Assembly (NCBI GenBank): GCA_028534125.1
Contig: CM052818.1
Span: 45,200,001 to 45,264,000 of the forward strand
Source: Lama glama
Lineage: Eukaryota
Direction of reading: 5' to 3'
Length of the DNA stretch: 64,000 nucleotides
Shown: positions 1-12,744 of the stretch, one piece after another
Numbering within the stretch: the stretch's first letter is position 1
How the letters are laid out: each line of letters starts with the position of its first letter
Translations under genes and position numbers: made by a program
The notes under the pieces: model-generated
Told to the model about the DNA's origin: nothing
Database searches by the model: none
What the model saw: the letters and a program-made list of their open reading frames with translations, nothing else

Positions 1-480
1 GGGGAAGCAGGCTGGGAGGCTCGGAAGCCCCACGGCGGGCTACGGCACCGGGAGCGGGCGGGCTCGTGCGTTGGCCCGGCCCGGGCCGGAGTAGGGGGTC
101 GCGGGCCCGGCCCACGCGGGAGACATAGTAGACGAGGTCCCGGGGATGATAAGGGAGCTCCGGGGACCGGTGAGGAGAGTTCAGGGGTGGGGGCTGCCCT
201 TGGACGGAGCCCCCCGCATTGGCCTCGGGCAGATGTACAGGGCGCATGGGGAGGTGAGCGCGCCCATGTCCCACCCTGGGGGGAGCTCGTGTGGGGGCGC
301 AGCGGGGAGGACGGAGTCCTGAGGCCGGGCTCAAACCCAGACCCGGGGGGCTCTGGAGACAGCCCGGAGCCCGGGTGCGAGTGTCGGGCGGGCCGGGCAT
401 GAGCTAAAGCGGGGAACTGCTTTTTAGCCCCTGAGACCAGCGATGGCTGATCCCTGGTGGTGGTGGGGTATTGGGGGGCC
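1..480. promoter_or_regulatory. CpG island, 3' part (start of PDIA6 intron 1)
   Basis: Very GC-rich and CpG-dense, ending abruptly near 480. It lies upstream of PDIA6 exon 2, and no ATG-containing exon 1 is visible, so the promoter and exon 1 are inferred to be just left of the window. Confidence 0.8.
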
Positions 481-827
481 ACCTAAAATGGGACCTTGTC
501 CTGGCCCTCGAATGTGTACGGGAGAGTGCACCTTGTCCTAACCACCTGTTTGATGGAATTCCCACTAATAAGAAAAACTGAAACGTCAAAACCCAGTCCT
601 GAAATGTCAGGATGGTTTCCTTAGAAAGGAATCGGTACCTTCCAAAAGCAGATCTTACGATGCAAGAGCACTTTAAATATGATTGGACATTTAAAAACTG
701 AGTTGAACCCACACTTTCATGAGTTACATAAAAGTCTGTTTTAGAAACGGCAGTGAGTGAGATTGAGGATCCCGTCTCTTCTCTGGCTCCCCTTGGTCCC
801 AGCCACGGCCCTCTTACCTGCACACTC

Positions 828-975
828 TGGATCCGGATAGCCGGGGTTTGAGTCCCCGGCATCTATTAGCTGTGTGACTGGGAGCTAGTTACCTAACCAT
901 TCTGGGCTAGTACTCCATAGGGTTGTTCTCAGGATTAATGAGCTTATATATGCCTGAAGAGACTAAACAGGGTAT
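828..975 (+). mobile_element. MIR SINE fragment
   Basis: Core resembling the MIR consensus (gggtttgagtccc...agctgtgtgact...agttacctaacc...gttgttctcaggattaatgag). Confidence 0.65.
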
Positions 976-2268
976 AAACGTGATGTAAGTATTTGCTGTA
1001 TTACTGTAGAGAGAATGGGTGAGGCGGAAAGAATTTAGTTTCTGTTTAGTTACCTGCAAGTGAATTCAGACAGGACTCTGAAAGAGTCTGTGATTCTTTC
1101 AGTTAACTTATTATTTTAATAAATGTGGTCAGCCTTTTGGGGAGACGTCTTGGTTTCTGGATGACTACTTTGGGACCATGTGCTCTTGTTAGCTGGTATG
1201 GGACAGAGATGTTACTGATGTGGATTTATAACAGCTCTAACTACTGTAGAGGAATAATGGGAGGCCACAGATGGTAAAACCATCTGCTCTCATGGATTCT
1301 AGACACTCGGATGTTCCAGTTTCCCATTGGTGCTCATTATCAGTGAGTGAAATGGGGATGTGATTTTTAGAAACAGAATATTACTGGTCAGCATTGACCT
1401 ACTTTATCATCTTAAGTAGGCTGAGGGTTTTCTGTTTTCTTGAGGGTTTTTGTAGGGGGAAGTTACTGACTACTTTTGTGCTGTTGGAATTTGTACATCT
1501 TTTAATGCTTTTTTGAGTAGCGTATTTGATTTTCTTCTAACCCTACTAGGTCTTAATGCCTTTTAAGGAATTTAAGTCTCGTATCTTTCTCATGAAGACA
1601 TTTCCATTGATAGCCATTTGTATGGAAAGGAAGCTCCTGGGAGAACCAGGAACAATGTAAAGACAAGTAACAAAATTCAACACCATTACTAGAAAAAAAA
1701 ATTAATAGCTCAAGTTCATGGTATACTGAGTGCCATTAGTCAGGACCACGGAAAGATAAAAAAAAAAATCATGGTTCATCATTTGGTGACTCTAGCCTGC
1801 CTGAAGTAGCCTGAGGAGGAGAGCACATCCTTTATTGCTGTCCATGATTGGCAGGAAGAGGCAAAGAACCTAATTGTCCTGTCACAGTCTCTAGAATGTC
1901 CCTCCTGGGGTTATACTCCTGCAGGTTCCAGTCATTTGGTTAAAATTTTGGGCATAGCCATATATTCTTTCTAATTATGTGGCCTTAGGCAAATTACCTT
2001 TTCTGTGTCTCCATTTCCTGGGCTAAAAATGGGCCTGATGGTACACACCACGTAGACTAACTGAGTTAGTGGTACGTAGTGTCATGCAAGTGTTACTCTA
2101 GGTTCAGATGTCAGCTTCTGGAGCGTAGTTGGACAGATACATATATCAAAATGTCAGCCATGCCCCGATCCCCCTTGTAAGATATTCCCTTAAGGAAATA
2201 ATCATTCATTTGAGGAGGGGAAAAGTATAAGAATTTTTAACATTGACTTGTTAAGAGCGAAGAGTTGG

Positions 2269-2497
2269 TGGGGGGTGGGAAGGGATAGACGGGATTTCAA
2301 AATTGTAGAATAGATAAACAAGATTATACTGTATAGCACAGGGAAATATACACAAGATCTTATGGTAGCTCACAGAGAAAAAAATATGACAATGAATATA
2401 TATATGTTCATGTATAACTGAAAAATTGTGCTCTACACTGGAATTTGACACAACATTGTAAAATGATTATAAATCAATAAAAAATGTTAAAAAAAAA
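2269..2497 (+). mobile_element. Young L1 3' end (5'-truncated), inserted in an older L1M fragment
   Basis: ctgtatagcacagggaaatata...acaacattgtaaaatgattataaatcaataaa plus poly(A). Degenerate TSD aagagcgaagagttgg (2253-2268) / aaaagctaaaagttgg (2494-2509). Confidence 0.8.
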
Positions 2498-3029
2498 GCT
2501 AAAAGTTGGAAACCATCAAATTATGTCAGTAGTATATTGGCAACATTGATACAGCCATTAAAAATGATTACTTGGCGGGTAATGGGTAATCTATAATTAC
2601 TTATGTAGAAAATGTAACTTACTTTGGGTGAAAAAGGCTACAGAAGGGAATATATAGTAAGATCACATTTATATAAAGCTTTAGACCTTTGTATGGTATA
2701 GAGAGATGTCAGTAAGAATTATCTACCAAAATATTAATGTTCATTCTAGTAGGCTAGATAATTTTGGGGGTGTTTTTTTTTTTGCTTTTCTATTTTTGAA
2801 AATTTCACAAAGAGCTCAGTGTATTGAACAAGTATCGATTCATAGAGGTTTTATCAAAAAAGATAAATGTCTTTAAAAGTAGTAGATCTCTGTAGAGGAT
2901 TTTCCAAGACCAATTTTACTTTCAAGCTTAGTCAGAATCAGGGTTGTCTCTGCTTAGTTTCTTGATTTACTTGCTTTGTTAATTATGCCAACTCTTCTTG
3001 ATCTTTCCTACAACAATGAAAAGATTACT

Positions 3030-3540
3030 AGGCAACACCATCCATGAGAAATATAATGCCAACTTTATATGTAATTTAAAATTGTCTAGTGGCCACATTA
3101 AAAAAGGCAAAAAGAAACAGGTGCAATTAATTTTTTTCCACTGATTACAAATTTTTATTCTCTTTTTTAAACTTTTTTAATTGAGTTATGGTCATTTTAC
3201 AATGTTGTATCAAATTCCAGTGTAGGGCACAATTTTTCTGTTATACATGAACATACATATATTCATTGTCACATTTTTTTTCACTGTGAGCTACCACAAG
3301 ATCTTATATATATTTCCTTGCACTATACTGTATAATCTTGTTTATTGCAATTAATTTTAATATATACTTATCCAGTATACCTAAAATACTTCAACAGGAA
3401 ATAAATATAAAAAACATTAATGAGATAATTTACCTTTTCCTCCTACCAAGTCTTTGGAATTCAGTGTGCTTTTTACATCTACAACACACCTCAGTTTGGG
3501 GTAGCCACGTGTGGCTAGTGGCTGCCCTATTAGACAGCAG
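3030..3540 (+). mobile_element. MER33-like hAT-Charlie DNA transposon, split by an L1 insertion
   Basis: gaaatataatg...ctagtggccacattaaaaaag...gtggctagtggctgccctattagacagcag resembles the recalled MER33 consensus; a second copy lies at 61322-61635. Confidence 0.75.
3135..3345 (-). mobile_element. Young L1 3' end, antisense, with 13-bp TSD
   Basis: Reverse complement of the 2269-2497 family; perfect TSD tgcaattaatttt at 3122-3134 and 3346-3358. Confidence 0.85.
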
Positions 3541-4871
3541 TTATCAAGGGAGCCTCACTTTGGTTGGCTTGACCTCCATCCACAGTCACCCTTTCCCACC
3601 TCTTGAATTGGAAGAGGAAGTCATCCTGTCTCAGGCTAACCCCCCTCGCTGACTCTGGGTTCCCTCCCCTCCTCGTGATCCTGGCGTCTTGTTCCATATT
3701 CCCTGGGCTGTAACCCCTCCCACTCCACATATTTCTTCCCTTCACTCTCAGATCACTCCCATCTTTAAAAAGAAGCCTTTCTTCTACCCCACATTGGCTT
3801 GCTCTCTCCAGTCTTGTGCACACTGGCTGCTGCTCACTGTCACTACTCCGCCATGCCTGTCAGGAACGGGTGGGGGGCAGTGGCCTCTTTGCCATTATAT
3901 CCAGTGGACAGTCTTTCCTACTTTACTTCCCCGTAGCCTTTGTTACTGTTGCTCATTCCATCTTTCCCTTGGTTTATATGACACCACTCTCCTGATAATT
4001 CTCCACCCACTCTCCATGTTGTAGTCAGAGTACTCTTTCTAGAAAGCAAATCTGATCAACCTCCTGCATGGCTTCACATCACCGTTAGTGGAGTCCATAG
4101 TTACCTTCCTACAATTCTAGTCCTATCTGTAATTCAGATGCAGTATTCTTGAACAGTGTCATTGTTACTCATGCCCATGGCATGCTAAGTCTTTTTATCG
4201 TGAGCACTAAAAAGACAATGTAGTTTAATGGGTAGAGCTTGGAATAGAAGTCAGAGAGCTGCTCTGTCAGTTTTATGTATGACTGTAGATGGGCCACTTG
4301 ATCTCTTTCTGCCCTTGTTTCATTATTTACTAAGAAGGATGATTCCTGCTCTGTGGCTAGTAATGCTCTGAAAAATCAAGTGATTTTAAAGTGATTTGAA
4401 AATCGAATGTGCCCTGTAAACATGAAGTGGAGAATTTAGCAATAGAACTAGTAACTTCCAGAAGAAATTTACCATTGGATTATTCAAAAAATTTCCACTT
4501 GAAATCTTCCACAGTCTGTGTACAAAGTAAGCATGTGAAATTGGGTGGCATATACTACCTTAGATGACAGGTCAGTCTCACTTGTAACTCATCGCATCAG
4601 GAGATGAAAAGAAGGAAGTTATATTACCATCTCCATAGATGCTGAAAAGAAAGTAATAGAAATTTCTTTAATATCATAAAGTTTATCTGTGGGAGTAATC
4701 TTTCAGGGGCTCCAACAGCAGTGGGGGCAGGGGCAGGGGGATTAAGAGAGAGCTGATCCAGGCCGTCCTCCAGTGTAAAGGGCCTTGGTCAGTTGAAGAA
4801 GACTCTGTGGTTGCCTAGCTTCCCCGTAGCGTGAACCTGCCATTGATGGTGTGCTTTTGTTGTTATTCCAG

Positions 4872-5013
4872 GTCTGATGAGCTGTACCCTCTTTATAGCA
4901 GTTAATGGTCTATATTCGTCTAGTGATGATGTAATTGAATTAACTCCATCAAATTTCAACCGAGAAGTTATTCAAAGTGATAGTTTGTGGCTTGTGGAAT
5001 TCTTTGCTCCATG
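4872..5013 (+). CDS. PDIA6: PDIA6 exon 2 ([48 protein letters not shown])
   Basis: ttccag acceptor, TG|gtaagt donor, 142 nt; translation matches the P5 N-terminus. Confidence 0.97.
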
Positions 5014-5543
5014 GTAAGTATTATAAAATAGTTGTTGATTATTTATGGTACTTTATAAAATCAGAAAAAATACTGTATAAAAATGTGATTTTATTTAGCC
5101 ATCTGGTTTACCTAGTTTGCTGGTTGTTTATAAGAGAGAAAAGGGAAAAAGTGTTGATTGAGTCTGTTAAAGGGTGTAGAGACTGAGCCAATTTTTAAAA
5201 AATGGTTGAAGTAGCTAATAGTTGCGAGAAAGAAGGAGGGGAAAAAACCCTTATAATTTTAGGAAGATATATTTTTATGATGAGGTAAGTGAGATGGAGG
5301 TGGAAAGGAAGCTGATTTTTTGCAGAGAGGATTGGGCAAAGAAAGGGAAGAACCAATGATTTACTCCATTCTGCTTCTTGAAGAGGGTTGCTTCTAGAAA
5401 TATGTAGTTGGAAAACTACATATTTTTATTTTAAAATTCTTTGATTTTAAAATTCTTCCCTTGCCTTACATCTATTTCTGGGGAAAAAACCTTATAGAGT
5501 GAAGATGTAATTATCATTGAAATTAATGTTGCACAGTTACATA

Positions 5544-5746
5544 CAGTTGGCCCTTGAATAACATAGGTTTGAACTGCATGAGTTCACTTATTCGTGGGGG
5601 TTTTTTCCCAATAAATTTATATGTGTTAACACGATCCATGGTTGGTTGAATCTGTGGATGCAGAGGGCTGACTATAAAATTACAAGCAGATTTTCGACTG
5701 CAGAAGGTTAGCACCCCTAATCCCCACATTAATCAGGGGTCATCTG
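5544..5746. mobile_element. Tigger2-family (MER8/Tigger2a-like) non-autonomous DNA transposon
   Basis: Terminal inverted repeats ta-cagttggcccttgaataa ... ttaatcaggggtcatctg. Confidence 0.7.
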
Positions 5747-6573
5747 TGCAGTCAGAAAACGGCATTACACTAATTGTTTATGTAGTTAAAACGTTTAATG
5801 AAAACAAAAACCTGACAAATAAGCGTGTAGAAACACACCCATGGAATCAGTGCAAAATGAGCACCAGACTCACTGCTACAAACTAGCAGGCCACCAGTGC
5901 CTGAGAGGAGCACCCGCCAACTGTATCTGCAGGTGAGCTGCATGGTCCCCTGAGATGGGAACTGTACCTTGTAAGCTCAAGTAGGGAGTAGCTCAAGTAA
6001 ATGTCCCTGAGTGGGTACATTTTACGGTATGCCTGATGAAAGGCTTTCCTTTATTGCTTTAATTTTTTCTTTGAAAAAAGAAAACTCAGTTTTGGAAAGT
6101 CCATATCAGATCTTTTGGGCTATTTCATTTAATGTTCAGTGTAGCAAGTTAAGGTAAAATCTACTTTAAAAGTTTATGTTGCTATTTTATGACTACTGTG
6201 TATCTTAATTACCTTTATTATTTTTTTAGAGAAAAACTCTTATTTGTTTTTTGTTTGTTAAATCCAAATGAGAATTCTGTGTGGGCTCATTCATTTGTAT
6301 TAGTAAACAAATAAATGATAATTGTACAAACTTATATTGTTGAATGCCTTTGTATGCAACTTTTGCAAGTTTGATCTTTTTTGTCAGTTATATGGCATGA
6401 GTGGTTTACCTTGTTTTGGTATATATGCCATATATGGGACTATACCTCATTCCAAAACTAAACCAGACAGCATAGTTGGGAAAGCAGGATCTGGGCCCGG
6501 TAATTAACTATTATTGTTATGCTAGCAAAGTTTTACTTCCTAGCGTCCTGGGTGAGAGAGTGTCTAATTGGAG

Positions 6574-6990
6574 CAGGTGCTTTTAACCTCTTTTTGTGCT
6601 TGGACTTTGGCAGCTTGGTGAAGGCTTAGAATTCCTCCTTAGAATCCAAGTTTTACATGTATAAGAGAAAGGATTTAGATTACAAAGGAAACCTAAAATA
6701 TTGGAATAACATTATTAAAATATCAAAATAAAGCTTGATATGTTTGTTTAGCACTCATTTACTGGGACAGTAAATCAAGATCCAACAGCAGATCTAACAG
6801 CTAGCTCTCATAATTCTGAAACAGTGATGAGCATAAAAGATGTGTAAAGATATCTGCAACAGCTGCAGTGGTGATGAGAACATAGCTGTGACTTGTATTT
6901 GTGACAGCCACGAGTGCTCACCAACTATGGTATGTTGTTAATGTTTATAATTGAAGGAATTCCTTAATTTTGGTCACTGGGCAAGTTTTA
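6574..6990. mobile_element. MER119-like hAT-Charlie element
   Basis: caggtgcttttaacctctttttgtgc...tttggcagcttggtgaag...gattacaaaggaaacc resembles the recalled MER119 5' end. Confidence 0.6.
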
Positions 6991-7120
6991 TTAGTGCCGG
7001 ACTCCCTGCAAGCCTCACCCCCAGGGCATGTCACTCAGTAGACAGCTGGTGAATGTTTTTTGAATTGGGAATCAAAAGACTTTAACTGTTGCCTTGTTTT
7101 GTGTTTTTATCCCCTAAAAG

Positions 7121-7178
7121 GTGTGGCCACTGCCAGAGGTTAACACCGGAGTGGAAGAAAGTAGCAACTGCATTAAAA
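7121..7178 (+). CDS. PDIA6: PDIA6 exon 3 ([19 protein letters not shown])
   Basis: aaag acceptor, gtgagt donor, 58 nt; carries the first CGHC active site. Confidence 0.97.
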
Positions 7179-7614
7179 GTGAGTTTCTAAGATGTCCACA
7201 TTGACCTGTGTACGTTGAAATAAGTTTAAGCAAATGAGCTTAAAGTACAGTAGGACATTAATTGAAGCCCACTACTCTCGTTCTGGAGCCAAAATTATGT
7301 AGGGGGCAAAGGGATAATTACATCTGATTTTTATCTTATCTATTTTTGTTAATTCCCTTTCCCAGTTAAATGGCATAATTATTCTTAGTCATGCTAATTC
7401 TGGGAGCTGCACAGTTCCTCATGGGCTGAGCTGCACGTTACCCAGCATCCTATTCCAGAATGATTTCCCAAGCTAAAGCCCTCATCAATTCTGCTGGTAA
7501 ATGGAACCCTGCCCTTCATTATGTTGTCTCTGAGTCTTCATCACCGTATTATGGGTTCTTGTGGAATCTGCTCCAGTTGAAGGAAAAATAGGTATTTCTT
7601 TTATATTTCCACAG

Positions 7615-7741
7615 GATGTTGTAAAAGTTGGTGCAGTTGATGCAGATAAACATCAGTCCCTGGGAGGTCAATACGGTGTCCAGGGATTTCCTACCATTAA
7701 GATTTTTGGATCTAACAAAAACAGACCAGAAGATTATCAGG
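7615..7741 (+). CDS. PDIA6: PDIA6 exon 4 ([42 protein letters not shown])
   Basis: ccacag acceptor, gtaagg donor, 127 nt; cis-Pro motif GFPTIK. Confidence 0.97.
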
Positions 7742-9125
7742 GTAAGGGCTTTTCCTAATTCCCTTGGTTGGAATTTTAATGTGAGCAGGTAGGTACGAAA
7801 TAGGAGAGAACCTAGGGTTGTGTAACCTACCTGCCAGGTCCTCACTCTCCTGGTGCCTGAATTTCCTTGTCTGTCAAATGGTAGAGTGAGTCCTACTTCT
7901 GAGTTGTTTTGTAGGTTAAACATGTGTCAAGCAAGTAGGAGTTTTTTTTTTTACTGTTTATACTAGTTTAGGGCGCATGGCCTTAGCAGTGATAGAGTGA
8001 TAACGTTTTGTGCTGCCCTCTTTCTCATTACAGTTTTTAAAAAGCACTAGTTACTTAATGTTTTATAGTTACTAAATATTGAATAAGTTTCTATAATTAC
8101 TTAATATTTTAAAAGATCTACAAATGTTTTCTTGCCCTAATTGCTCCTCCTGTCACTGTAGGAGGGTCTGGCATATCAATGTGGAAAAAGAGCCTTGTAA
8201 TTTGAAAGTCAATTTAAACAGTTGATATTACTATGGAGTATTTTGCCTATGAATCTCTCTCTATATATAGTATTTGAATATTAAAGCTATTATTTAGTCT
8301 CCTGAACTATTGGTAATAAAGTGCCGCAATTTCTCCATTGTGTAGATAAGTAAATTGTGAGTTACTGGGGCAACTGGAGAGAGGGTTCTGGCTTCAGACT
8401 CCCAAGACCAAATGTTGTTTTAGTCACCTTGTTCTTTTATAGAGTCACCTGTTACTTAAGATGTCACAAACAGATCATCATATTTAATATAGTCAGAATT
8501 GCTAAGTTGAGGCATATCCAGAGTCCTCATAAAAGTTTTGGGTGTAATGCATTTAAAGATTTCATTGCAAGGGGTGCACAAGTGACTGAACTTAGAGTCT
8601 GCCATCTTTGGGTTTGCTTTATGTGAGAAGGACAAGCTTGCAGGGTTGGAGGGGAGGAGACTCAGCATCACAGTGAAAACAAAGTGTATTATCTGTACTT
8701 GGTGTCTTGCTCTGTGTCCAGCTGGGAGAGGGAACATTCTCAGAAAAGGGAGAGCAAAGGGACTGGAGAATCTGTAGAGTGAGCTCTGAAGGCAGCCCGG
8801 CCTCGGTTTAACTGCTGGCTAAATGGTACCTAGCCTCTGTGGACCTGCTTCTAGCTGTAAAATGGGGATGTGAAAACCTGTGTTCAGCTGCTAGAAGTTG
8901 CATTAAATGGTATATGTAAAGCATGTAACTTGGTAAATACTGGTGTAGAATACTGGGGGTCAGAATACTTGAAGATGAGACCTTAGATACATCATTGCTT
9001 CTAGACCGCCCAGCCCTTAAGTTTCATAAAATGATCAGTTTAATTTTTCTGAGTAAACACCAACTTTTCTGCTTTGGAATATGATTTGTTCATTTTGCTA
9101 GCTTGTAAAAATTGAATGTTTCGAG

Positions 9126-9322
9126 CAGGGGTTGACATTTGTCCTGCTGCTTGCTTTTGTAAATAAAATTTTTCGGAACACAGTCACACTTGTTCATTTA
9201 GTTTGTCTGTGGCTGCTTTCACACTAGAACAGCAGAACTGAGTGGCTGCAATAAACAGTATGGCCTGCAAAGCTGGAAATACCGTCTGGTCCTTGGCATG
9301 AAGAGTCTGCTCACTCTCGGTC
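9126..9322. mobile_element. MER58A-like hAT-Charlie element
   Basis: caggggttg...tttgtaaataaaattttt...ggaacacag...tggctgcttt...tatggcctgcaaagc; a partial second copy lies near 12640-12728. Confidence 0.7.
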
Positions 9323-10343
9323 TAGAATGAGAAAACCCTCTCTGTCTTTTTCCCTATGTTTCTTAATGTGGTATATTTCCAGGTAGAGGTTGGTGGAAGG
9401 GGCACTGGTTCTGAAAATGGAGGTGTCTGCTGTAGACAAGGAGCAGAAGACTGTTCTCATGTTGAGGTCTTGCCTTCCTGTCTTAGGAAGTAACGCACTT
9501 GGTCGTCTGGACCAGGGATGTAGTACAGGACTGTCTGTCCGGACATACTCTGAGCACTGCTGTATCGTACGTTCTTTCTAATGTCAGGTCTGATGAGAAA
9601 ACTATTTTTTTAAAAGAGAAGAAACTTTCTAAAGAGATTTTGTTAGTTTTACCTTTAAATTCTGAAGATAGTCTCCAGAATATTATCCATATTTCTCTTA
9701 GTTAATAGTCCCTTGACTTTATTGAGCACATAGTTTTTGGTAAACTTCCAAAGGCTAGTGTCGTTGAGTTTTAATTTAGGTTTTGTTATTTCTTATATTA
9801 GGGTAAGTTCACTGTAAAACCTAAAAGCCCAAAGTAACAGAAGAGCAAGGTAGAAAAAAAAGAGGCCTGGATCACTTTCTAGTTACTTAACAAGACACCT
9901 CGTATCCTGCTTTTTCCACAAGTTCTCTGTCCTTTATTTCATAGAAGTCGTTTTTCCATGTTTCTCATTTGGTACTTTGTGTTTAGAAATTTCCCCTGCT
10001 TTCTTAACTAGATAATCTTTTTCATCTGTGTACATGTTACACATTCAGTAAACATTTGTGAGCTGTTATCAATAGTAGATGGTCTTTATGGTGAACAAAA
10101 CACTCTTGTTCACACCAATAACCTAAAATTGCAGAAGAGGAATTGGTTTTCTAAGTATAAAGTGCAGTGTGCAATGCATTCTGGAGAGAAATTGGCTCAG
10201 TCTTAAAGACAGTGTGATAGTAGGATCTGTCTAAACATCAGATGATACTGACACATGTACAGGTTGGAGTCTTCAGAGAGCGTTATACGTAGGCACCCGG
10301 CCCGCCCGGCCCCAGTCACCTGTTCGCCCTTCGTCTTCCGTAG

Positions 10344-10450
10344 GTGGCAGAACGAGTGAAGCCATCGTGGATGCCGCGCTCAGTGCTCTGCGCCAGCTTG
10401 TGAAGGATCGCCTCGGGGGCAGGGGAGGTGGCTATAGTTCTGGAAAACAA
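10344..10450 (+). CDS. PDIA6: PDIA6 exon 5 ([36 protein letters not shown])
   Basis: ccgtag acceptor, gtaaga donor, 107 nt. Confidence 0.97.
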
Positions 10451-11037
10451 GTAAGACTGTATATAATGTCAGGTTTTCCTGTGTGTCATGATCTTGAAGA
10501 CTGTGTAAACTCCATTAGAAGATCATTTTTAAAAAAATTTAAATTGATAGACTTTCGGTTGAAAAATAATAGGTTGAGTCAGGTGACTCCAGAGGGAGTC
10601 AGCCACCCAGCCTGTTCATCTGACCTCTTCAGCATCACTGTCACCATGGCAAGTGAGTCCTTGGGCGCCCGGCCACAGCTTCAGGCCAGGCACCAGGCCC
10701 GAGGTAGGCTTCCCTGGCCCGGGGCCGGGGTAGAAGAGTTTGGACTGCAGAGGGAGAAAGAGTTCCAGCCAGGGGAGCTGGCCTCTGGCTTCCATGCCAT
10801 TTGTGGTTCCCGAGTAGCGAGAGACCAGCCCTCCCCCAAATCAGCTTCAGACAAACACAGATGAAATCTGGATGACCTCTGTATCTGTGGTGGTCATACT
10901 GAAATCCCTGGGAGCGTTCCCACAGATGGAAAGGGAAGAAGGTTCCTGCTCTGTAGATTCCCTTGTATGAAATGTGACGTTTAACCGTGATGTGCTTCTG
11001 TTCTTGTGAAAAGGCACTGAATTCTTCCTGATACATG

Positions 11038-11469
11038 TAGTCACACCTCGTATTGTACTTCCAGATAATTGCATTTTTTACAAATTGAAGGTTTGTGGCA
11101 ACCATGTGTTGAGTGAGCCTGTCAGTGCCATTTTTCCAACAGCATTTGCTCAAATTTTCACAGTATTTCAAAGGTTTTCATTATATTTATGGTGATCAGT
11201 GATCTTTGTATGTGACTATTACAAAAAGGTTATGACTCACTAAAGGCTCAGATGATGGTTACTAGCATTTTTCAGCACTAAAATATTTTTTACTTAAGAT
11301 ATGTGTGTTGTCTTTTAGACCTAATGGTATTGCACACTTGATACTCTATAGTGTACAGCTGACTTTTATGTGCACCAGGAGCCCAGAGCCTTTGTGTGAC
11401 TCCCTTTATTGCAATACTCGCTTTATTGAGGTCATCCTCAAACCCGCGGTATCTCCACAGCATGCCTGT
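11038..11469. mobile_element. Tigger1 internal-deletion derivative
   Basis: Tigger1 5' end (tttttacaaattgaaggtttgtggcaacc) joined to the Tigger1 3' end (ggctcagatgatggtta...ctttattgcaatactcgctttattg...atgcctg). Confidence 0.75.
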
Positions 11470-12131
11470 GTGTGTGAAGATGGCTCTTCGCTCTTAGGAG
11501 ACCAGTAAGACTAGCTTCTTTGTACAGACTTAGAGCTTCTCCGAGATTTCATGCATTTGTCTTCTATTTCAGACTTACACATTTAGTGAGCACCGTTGTC
11601 TGCACTGCGCCCACGGCTTTGGGCCCCGGCAGCAGAAAGCGTTATCGCAGTGCTGACGGCTTCGTAGTTTTAGTGCTGAAGAAAGTTCTTTGAAAAGATA
11701 AAAGAATTGTGTTGCTTTTAGCTTTCTTGAATGGTAGGCACTTTATGAAAAGGTAGTCACCGGTTGGTTATGTTTAATATCTTGGGATGGACCGGCACTA
11801 AGCTCGAGTCTGAATTAGCATAGTGTTACGAAGGTGCTTCTTTGAGCCATGTTGAAGTTTCTCTTAGTGAAAACAGTAGATAATTGGGTTCTGATACATG
11901 TTACGTGTTACACCGAGTGTACTGGTAATTGTTTGAAAGTAAATACTGTTTGTCAGGTACAGATAATAATATTAAGGGATGTGCCAAATATGAGTAAAGT
12001 GGTTTTCACTTGAAAGAAAAACTCAATTTTGTTAAGATGTAGAAATGATGAATGTTACATGTGTATTTAGAATAGGAATAATGTTCTTTCTGGCCAGGTT
12101 GTAGTTTAATTTTTAATGTCATAAATGGCAG

Positions 12132-12262
12132 GGCAGAAGTGAAAGTTCAAGTAAGAAGGACGTAATCGAGCTGACGGATGACAGCTTTGATAAGAATGTT
12201 CTTGACAGTGAAGATGTTTGGATGGTTGAGTTTTATGCTCCTTGGTGCGGACACTGCAAAAA
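12132..12262 (+). CDS. PDIA6: PDIA6 exon 6 ([43 protein letters not shown])
   Basis: ggcag acceptor, gtaagt donor, 131 nt; carries the second WCGHC site. Confidence 0.96.
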
Positions 12263-12744
12263 GTAAGTGTTTTTACCAAGTACTTTCTGAAGTCATGGTG
12301 CTCTGAGTACTTTCACCTGGCTCGCTTTGACAGCGCTGGACCAGGTCATAGATCATCCCCAGGACCTCCGCCGCAAAGGCTCCAGCTCTGAATGAGTGTT
12401 GAACATTAATGCCAATTGTTTCCTCCGCCACATTTTGAAAGATTAACAGGGAGCTGGCACCCAGATTGAGGGGAGTGGGGGGAACTGGTGAAGGACCAGG
12501 AAGTGAATGTGACGTGGGCATTGTGTTTTTCATAAAGCTACACACACAGTGTTTCCCAAGTGTGATTTAACTGGGTTGGGCAGAGATGCACACATCAGGC
12601 AAAGTATTTGTGCTTTAAAATACACATTTTTTTTTCCTGTGTCTGCAAGTAAAGTTTTATTAGAACACAGCCAAGCCAAAATATTTATTATCAGTCCTTT
12701 ATAGAAAACATTTGCAGACCCCTGTTCTATATTATTCATGGATA

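Noticed and set aside
187..862. ORFs over the CpG island as a possible PDIA6 exon 1
   Set aside because: No signal-peptide start followed by a phase-1 donor that fits exon 2; the ORFs reflect GC content and non-ATG starts.
12510..12517. UPRE consensus TGACGTGG in PDIA6 intron 6
   Set aside because: Attractive because PDIA6 is a UPR target, but the same 8-mer occurs at 37556-37563 in ATP6V1C2, and one or two hits in 64 kb is near chance.
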